From assembly GCA_016713625.1 (NCBI GenBank), contig JADJOT010000013.1:110051-174050 (forward strand): 64,000 bases of DNA. The letters are read 5' to 3'. Source of the stretch: Candidatus Accumulibacter affinis. Lineage in GTDB: Bacteria; Pseudomonadota; Gammaproteobacteria; Burkholderiales; Rhodocyclaceae. The notes beneath the pieces were generated by a model. That model was not told the DNA's origin. It ran no database searches and worked only from the letters and a program-made list of their open reading frames with translations. Positions 58,638-64,000 of the stretch are shown one piece after another. The translations under genes and the position numbers were made by a program. The stretch's first letter is position 1. Each line of letters opens with the position of its first letter.

Positions 58638-59054
58638 TCACCATCCTGCCGACGCGCCAATGACCGGCGCCGGCAAATCAGCGGCAAGCCCCTGTCGCAT
58701 GCCGAGGAAACGATCGACGATCTGTCGGCTGGCCGCCGACATTCGCTCGCTCAGCGCGCGGTCGTCGGCAGTGAAAAGATGCAGGGCGGTCGCGTCGTCG
58801 CCGGCCAGCGCTGTTCCCGCCGCCGCTGCCCAGAAAACGGTGTGACAGTGGCTGGGCGACTCGTGGCTGAACAGGAAGAGTAGCGATCGTGCCACCAACT
58901 GGGTTTCTTCGGCGAGTTCGCGGGCCGCTGCCTGCAGTGGCGATTCGTTCGAAAGGATGCCGCCACCCGGCAGTAGCAGCAGTCCGCTGCGGTTCTGCAC
59001 CAGCAGGATACGCGTGTCGATCTCGACAATGACTGTGGCTCTCTGTCGTTTCAT
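58638..59054 (-). CDS. NUDIX hydrolase.
   Basis: Translation from ATG 59054 contains the Nudix box GGGILSNESPLQAAARELAEETQL (GX5EX7REUXEEXGU). Confidence 0.75.
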   Translation of the reverse strand: MKRQRATVIVEIDTRILLVQNRSGLLLLPGGGILSNESPLQAAARELAEETQLVARSLLFLFSHESPSHCHTVFWAAAAGTALAGDDATALHLFTADDRALSERMSAASRQIVDRFLGMRQGLAADLPAPVIGASAGW

Positions 59055-59218
59055 TTTGTCTTTCTGCGGTTTGCAGGACTGCTCCGGGAATCGGCATGAC
59101 CAGCGGCGGCAAGATTTGCCCAATTGCACTGGCCTTCCCTGCCGCGCCTCCGCTCTGCTGGTCATTATGCATAGGAGGCGGGTAGAATCAATTTTTTCCT
59201 ATCCGCTGGGATGAACCG

Positions 59219-60613
59219 ATGACTCCATTGCGTACCCGATCTTTGCTGGCTGTTGCATGTTTGCTGCTGCTCGGCGCTTGCGCCAGTCGACCGATCAATC
59301 CGCCGATTGAGCAGACCGACCTGCACACCGGCTACCGCTTCGAGACGCGCCAGGCGCACGCCAGGGAGAAAGACAAGGAGAGTCTGGTCATTCTCGCCTT
59401 CTCGGGCGGTGGCACGCGCGCCGCCGCCTTCTCCTACGGAGTTCTCGAGTTTCTTCGCCGTACCGAGATTGTTGGACCACAGGGACAGCACGTTCGCCTG
59501 CTCGATCAGGTCGACATCATCACCGGCGTTTCCGGCGGCAGCTTCACCGCGCTGGCCTACGGCCTGTACGGCGAGAAGCTGTTCGGCGAGTACGAACAGC
59601 GCTTTCTGAAGCGCGACGTGCAGGGCGAAATCATCGCCCGCACGCTCAGCCCGGGCAATTGGGGAAGACTCTGGTTCACGGACTGGGGTCGCTCTGAACT
59701 GGCCGCCGAGCTGTACGACGAAATCCTGTTCAATGGCGCCACCTTCGGCGATCTGGACCTCGTCCGCAGACCGCTGATCATGGCGTCGGCCACCGACATC
59801 TCGACCGGGGCCCGTTTTGTGTTCAACCAGACCACCTTCGACGTCATCTGCTCGCAACTCAATGCCTTGCCCCTGTCTCGCGCTGCTGCCGCCTCATCGG
59901 CTGTGCCGGTAGTGCTCTCGCCGGTGACGATCAACAACTATGGCGGCACCTGCAATGCGCTATTTCCCCCCTGGGTGAAGGTGTTTGCCGACGCTCCTGA
60001 ACCGCCGCGACCGGCGGCGCGGGCGATGCGCAGCTTGAAGGACATGCGGGCCTACACCGACGGTGCTCATCGGCCCTACCTGCACCTGGTGGATGGCGGC
60101 GTTTCCGATAATGTCGGTATGCGCGCGGTGCTCGACGCGCTGGAAATCTTCCAGGCCCTGCACGAGGCGGGCGCACCAACACCACTCGACAGCGCACGCC
60201 GGATCGTCGTCTTCATCGTCAATTCGCTATCTTCGCCACCCACCAACTGGGACGAATCCGAAGCTCCGCCGGGCGCCGTCGGCATCCTGTTGAAGTCGGC
60301 CGGCGTGCCGATCGACCGCTACTCGTACGAAGCGGTCGAACTGCTGCGAGACATGGCATGGCGCTGGAAGACCTTGCGCCTGATCGGCAACTCGGCCGCG
60401 ATGGCCGATAACAGGGATCCAGCAGTCGCCAAGGCGGTGCGCGTGCCGAACGCCGAGATCTATGCCATCGACGTATCTTTCCCCATGTTGAAGGACCCGG
60501 CGGAGCTGGCGTATCTCAATGAACAGCCGACGTCGTTTGTGTTGCCTGCCGAGGCCGTGGATCGCCTGCGTGTCGCGGCAGGTACGATCATCATGGACTC
60601 GCCGGAATTCTAG
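59219..60613 (+). CDS. Patatin-like phospholipase lipoprotein.
   Basis: Lipobox LLLGAC, oxyanion motif SGGGTRAAAF, nucleophile elbow GVSGGS, and catalytic Asp motif DGGVSDN. Confidence 0.85.
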   Translation: MTPLRTRSLLAVACLLLLGACASRPINPPIEQTDLHTGYRFETRQAHAREKDKESLVILAFSGGGTRAAAFSYGVLEFLRRTEIVGPQGQHVRLLDQVDIITGVSGGSFTALAYGLYGEKLFGEYEQRFLKRDVQGEIIARTLSPGNWGRLWFTDWGRSELAAELYDEILFNGATFGDLDLVRRPLIMASATDISTGARFVFNQTTFDVICSQLNALPLSRAAAASSAVPVVLSPVTINNYGGTCNALFPPWVKVFADAPEPPRPAARAMRSLKDMRAYTDGAHRPYLHLVDGGVSDNVGMRAVLDALEIFQALHEAGAPTPLDSARRIVVFIVNSLSSPPTNWDESEAPPGAVGILLKSAGVPIDRYSYEAVELLRDMAWRWKTLRLIGNSAAMADNRDPAVAKAVRVPNAEIYAIDVSFPMLKDPAELAYLNEQPTSFVLPAEAVDRLRVAAGTIIMDSPEF

Positions 60614-60789
60614 CGACTGCTGAAGGACGTCGGGGCTAGGGTCGTGGCTGAGCCGCCGCGCGCCGCGCCAGCGGCGACGGACCCGGCTGCAAACTAGCTT
60701 TTGTCGGCGTGAACTTTTTTGCACGATTAGCACTCTAATGCGGCGAGTGCTAAAATCATGCACGTAACGTTTGCAAAGGAAGCATCGAC

Positions 60790-61649
60790 ATGACCCAAGT
60801 CCTGGCTTTTCCCACGGTCTCCGCAGCCGGTAGCATTGACGCGTATATGCAGGCCGCCAGACAGTTTCCTCTGCTGACCGCAGAGGAAGAATTCAGTCTG
60901 GCAACCCGTTTTCGCGAGGAAGAAGATCTCGACGCCGCGCGGCAGTTGGTACTGTCGCACCTGCGCTTGGTGATTGCCATCGCGCGAGGCTACCTTGGCT
61001 ACGGCCTGCCACACGCCGATTTGATTCAGGAGGGCAATATCGGCCTGATGAAAGCGGTCAAGCGCTTCGACCCGGGGCGAGGTGTGCGGCTGGTTTCGTT
61101 CGCCATTCACTGGATCAAGGCCGAGATTCATGAGTATGTGCTGAAGAACTGGCGAATGGTCAAGGTGGCCACGACCAAGGCGCAGCGCAAGCTCTTCTTC
61201 AACCTGCGCAGCATGAAGCCGACCAACGAGACGCTCGCTCCGGGACAGGTGGCCAATATTGCTCACCGCTTGAGCGTCAAGGCGGACGAGGTTGTCGAAA
61301 TGGAAGCCCGCCTGTCGGGTCATGATCTGGCGCTGGATGGCGACACCGACGATGATGATGTGTATGCACCGATCACCTACCTGGCCGACAATTCGAGCGA
61401 ACCCTCGCAGGTGCTCGAAACCCGTGCGCGCAACCGTTTGCACAACGAGGGCCTGCAAAGCGCCTGGCCCGCCTCGATCCGCGCAGCCGCCGGATCGTCG
61501 AGGCGCGCTGGTTGGTCGACGAAAACCCGGCAACCTTGCACCAGCTGGCGGCAGAGTTCGGTGTCTCCGCGGAGCGCATACGCCAGATTGAAGTCAAGGC
61601 AATGCAAAGGATGCGTGCCAGCCTGGCGCTGCAGGTGGACGCAGCCTAG
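60790..61649 (+). pseudogene. rpoH: RNA polymerase sigma-32 (RpoH) with a 1-nt deletion frameshift near 61462..61464.
   Basis: The first frame carries regions 2 and 3 plus the RpoH box (LVIAIARGYLGYGLPHADLIQEGNIGLMKAVKRFDP...QRKLFFNLR). After ...NEGLQSA it becomes nonsense Arg/Pro/Ser-rich text. The -1 frame from 61464 reads LARLDPRSRRIVEARWLVDENPATLHQLAAEFGVSAERIRQIEVKAMQRMRASL*, which is region 4 ending at TAG 61647..61649. Confidence 0.85.
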
Positions 61650-61917
61650 CGCTTCGCGCCTGACGGCTGGCACTGTCGGCTCGCTTGACTCGTCCGGAAG
61701 CTCTTGCCCCGCGCCCGCCCCCTCTGGTGTCGAGCCCTCAACCCGAAGGCCGGCACCGAGACCACCGTCGCCGCCGGTCGCTACAGCATTTCAAGAGACC
61801 TTTCCAGAGACTCCCCCAATGGGTGCGTTTGTTAAAGCGCCCTGAGGGGCTCACCCCCTCAACATCGCCCTGCTGATCATTCAGGCAGGGAATTCCATCA
61901 CGATCCTCAGCGGTGTA

Positions 61918-62100
61918 CTACTCAAGCTCGCGCCGAAGGACTTTGATATATGGACTGCCCCAGACAGCCTCCTCGCGGCATTCCAGTTTACCGGCACCCA
62001 TGCCCTTAACAATCAAGACCCGGCTCACGCCATATTCCTTGGTCGCCGTTACGTCACTGAGACTTGCGCCTTTGCTGATCCATTCTCCGTGTTCCGCCAT
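61918..62100 (-). CDS. Hypothetical small protein (60 aa).
   Basis: MAEHGEWISKGASLSDVTATKEYGVSRVLIVKGMGAGKLECREEAVWGSPYIKVLRRELE. The gene lies in a lower-GC stretch, co-directional with the upstream hypothetical gene. I recognise no family. Confidence 0.4.
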   Translation of the reverse strand: MAEHGEWISKGASLSDVTATKEYGVSRVLIVKGMGAGKLECREEAVWGSPYIKVLRRELE

Positions 62101-62196
62101 TCCTCATCTCTCGATCGCACCATGCTGGCGGCGGCTACTGCCTTCGGGACATCCCACGCCGCATCTACTCTCACACGCCTGAGCCCCGATAGTCCT

Positions 62197-62646
62197 CTAG
62201 CTCTTCTGCGCAAGCGCTCGCTTGGGCGGTTTCGAGAAGTTCTTGAACATCGTGTAATGGCGTTTCAGCCGATCGACGTAAGACTTGTCCTGGAGCGCTA
62301 CGTGCTTGAACAGGCCGAGGAAGGCTCCGGCGTGCGCGGACTGCGGATTCAGAGGGTCGAGAGTCGGGCCGAGCCACTCCGCAGCGCTCTGCGTTCCCGG
62401 TGACCACTGGCGATAGAAGGCGGCGTCTTCCCATCCGTAGCTGATTGTCGCCCAGACCTTGTCGGCGCTATTCTCGCTGACGACCTTGATGATCACCCGC
62501 CGGCAGTCGCAATCGTCGTCGGTACAATAGAATTCGAGCAAGCCATACACGCCAGCCGGTACCGCTTTCCCGGGAGGAACGGTGACTACCCACGTTTCCG
62601 CAAACGCGAGATCGCCAAATCTCTCGAAAAACGCCAGCATTTCCAT
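62197..62646 (-). CDS. Hypothetical protein (149 aa) with a compact Cys cluster (FYCTDDDCDCRRV).
   Basis: The ORF has coherent codon usage. I cannot name a domain with confidence. Confidence 0.55.
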   Translation of the reverse strand: MEMLAFFERFGDLAFAETWVVTVPPGKAVPAGVYGLLEFYCTDDDCDCRRVIIKVVSENSADKVWATISYGWEDAAFYRQWSPGTQSAAEWLGPTLDPLNPQSAHAGAFLGLFKHVALQDKSYVDRLKRHYTMFKNFSKPPKRALAQKS

Positions 62647-62872
62647 CGTCCATCCTCGTCGGGCCAGAGCGAATATGCTACAACAGAAACGCTGCTCTGG
62701 TCAGATCGGCGACGACGAAACGCGGCATACCTGCTTGCTGATCCTCGTCGCACGTCTTGCTTACCGCTACACCAACCGGAAATTTCGCGTTGGCCTACCT
62801 CACCAAACCAAAGTATACGCCAATGCGAAACCCGTGAAACGCCGTCAAAAGTTTGCCGCGCCCGGTTGGAGG

Positions 62873-63283
62873 CTACGCGAGTCCCTCCGGTGCGAGCAGC
62901 ACCACGCTGGGAAAATACGAGGCGTAGCGTCGTGTGTCCCTGGTCAGAACGGGATAGCCCGACACTGCTGCGTGCGCCCCAATGAAGAAATCGCCAAGGA
63001 CATTGATCCTGGTGCCCCCTTGTCGCCGGTAACGTACGAATGCTTTGCCGGCGAGAAACAGGGCTGGACGCGGCGCCTCAATCAGGACCAGGCTGAGGTC
63101 ATGGAGGGCCTGATCCAGGGCTTCCACCGTCGAGAAGGTCAGCGACAGTTCGGAGTAGATGATCGGGTTGATTGCCAGCCGATGAATCTTCGATTGGGCA
63201 CGCAATTGATGAGTCGACCAGTCGGCCCATTCTGGATCGTCCTCCAGAACGTCGACCAGCACGTTGGTGTCGACCAACAGCAT
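62873..63283 (-). CDS. vapC: Type II toxin VapC (PIN-domain ribonuclease).
   Basis: MLLVDTNVLVDVL carries the first PIN acidic residue, followed by ...YSELS... and ...FFIGAHAAVSGYPVLTRDTRRY. The ATG overlaps the antitoxin stop (TGATG). Confidence 0.85.
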   Translation of the reverse strand: MLLVDTNVLVDVLEDDPEWADWSTHQLRAQSKIHRLAINPIIYSELSLTFSTVEALDQALHDLSLVLIEAPRPALFLAGKAFVRYRRQGGTRINVLGDFFIGAHAAVSGYPVLTRDTRRYASYFPSVVLLAPEGLA

Positions 63284-63522
63284 CAGCCCTCACCACGTAG
63301 CAGGGCCATCAAGTCGTCAGTTCGCCACTTTACGTCAGCCTTGCCTCGAGCCGCATCGAAACGGTCTGGCTGACGGCTTGGACAAGCGTCAACCTTGTGG
63401 ATCACCACATCGCCATCGCGATTGACGGCGAACTCCACAGTGCAACCCGGTGCCAAATTGAGGGCATCGCGAATCTGCTTGGGGATAGTGACTTGTCCTT
63501 TGCTGGTGAGTGTCGTCGACAT
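63283..63522 (-). CDS. vapB: AbrB/SpoVT-fold antitoxin (VapB/MazE-like).
   Basis: ATG 63522 follows AGGAGA. MSTTLTSKGQVTIPKQIRDALNLAPGCTVEF is a SpoVT/AbrB swapped-hairpin motif. The track ORF is over-extended to 63681. Confidence 0.8.
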   Translation of the reverse strand: MSTTLTSKGQVTIPKQIRDALNLAPGCTVEFAVNRDGDVVIHKVDACPSRQPDRFDAARGKADVKWRTDDLMALLRGEG

Positions 63523-63536
63523 GGCAAATCTCCTGT

Positions 63537-63563
63537 GTATTACACATGGTCGCATTGTAATAC
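63537..63563. promoter_or_regulatory. Inverted repeat GTATTACA-N11-TGTAATAC immediately upstream of vapB, a candidate autoregulatory operator.
   Basis: The arms are a perfect 8 bp, read directly from the sequence. The repeat begins 15 nt upstream of the vapB ATG, on the minus-strand promoter side. Confidence 0.5.
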
Positions 63564-63775
63564 CTTTGCGAGTCCCCCGCGTGTTCCTGGCCCGGTCAGC
63601 TGCGAAAAAACTTCCAGTATTCCTGGGAAAGGATGTGGGCATTCGATGGCGCCAAGTACATTGCGCTGCTGCCTTTAGCAATCCGGCTAGTGCGGAAATG
63701 CTGTGTACCTGCTGTGCGCACCCGCCAACCCCTGATCAGCGCGCGTGGTCGGCAAAGCTCCATCGCTGCGTTTTT

Positions 63776-64000
63776 TCAGGCGGCCAGTTTCCCTCGCAGT
63801 GCGCGCATCAGCCAGCCAAGCCCTGGCAGTTTGGCATAGAGCTCTTCCGCGGCATCCCAGTAATCGCGATGCCACACCACTTTGCCTTCAGGGTCGAAGC
63901 GAAGATGCGAGGAACCACGAATCAACTCCCTGCGGTCCGGTCCCCACGGTAATCGAAGTCGATAGTGAAAATCCCATACCAGCAGCGCACCCTGCCCGTC
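63776..64000 (-). CDS. C-terminal fragment of an NTF2/SnoaL-like fold protein. The 5' part lies beyond the window end.
   Basis: Absent from the ORF track because there is no start in the window. Hand translation gives DGQGALLVWDFHYRLRLPWGPDRRELIRGSSHLRFDPEGKVVWHRDYWDAAEELYAKLPGLGWLMRALRGKLAA*. The family call is tentative. Confidence 0.45.
   Translation of the reverse strand, partial: DGQGALLVWDFHYRLRLPWGPDRRELIRGSSHLRFDPEGKVVWHRDYWDAAEELYAKLPGLGWLMRALRGKLAA

Noticed and set aside
61441-61480. Programmed -1 ribosomal frameshifting as an explanation for the rpoH frame break.
   Set aside because: There is no X-XXY-YYZ slippery heptamer and no obvious downstream pseudoknot. A single missing C in a C-run explains it more simply.
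61650-63780. att-like direct repeats or an integrase flanking the vapBC islet.
   Set aside because: Comparing the left (61650..61917) and right (63523..63780) flanks by eye gave only a 7-nt shared string (CTGATCA). No recombinase gene is present, so mobility cannot be claimed.

Overview
This is a GC-rich chromosomal segment. Its gene order suggests a betaproteobacterium, possibly Rhodocyclales-like, but that is inference from synteny only. Most of the window is core housekeeping:
- a D-lactate-dehydrogenase-like oxidoreductase with a GntR regulator, and glgC
- ribBA-ribH-nusB-thiL-pgpA-cinA-recA-recX-lptB-rpoN-hpf-ptsN-hprK
- ubiH-like gene, dsbC, a CDF transporter, secA, argJ, apaG, rpe-gph-trpE
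- a roughly 14-kb run of minus-strand genes: glnA-DUF4124-ntrB-ntrC-birA-coaX-DUF350-SPFH-DUF4178-micropeptide-Hsp20-lon-hss
- nadA, a GT2 glycosyltransferase, a Cache protein with satP, rep, cytochrome c5, tRNA-Arg(CCG), 5-FCL, slt, cca, a META/MliC protein, a NUDIX hydrolase, a patatin-like lipase, rpoH and a small vapBC islet.

Many long ORFs in the supplied track are antisense shadows of real genes, which is typical of high-GC DNA. Two edge genes (1..2211 and 63776..64000, both minus strand) are missing from the track and were found by hand translation.

Observations most worth a second look:
1. A translationally coupled DUF350 / SPFH-SHOCT / double zinc-ribbon DUF4178 / 47-aa TM peptide / sHsp / Lon string. 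It resembles a Psp-type membrane-stress module with no PspA, wired instead to a holdase-protease pair, with homospermidine synthase just downstream.
2. A membrane-anchored receiver-domain protein whose anchor and REC domain are separated by about 20 tandem 13-aa Ala/Glu/Arg repeats.
3. Three disrupted conserved genes within 12.6 kb: rep (TGG to TAG), a UPF0126 channel gene (1-nt deletion) and rpoH (1-nt deletion).
4. A lower-GC vapBC islet carrying two unknown small proteins.

I saw no CRISPR array, transposase, integrase or rRNA.
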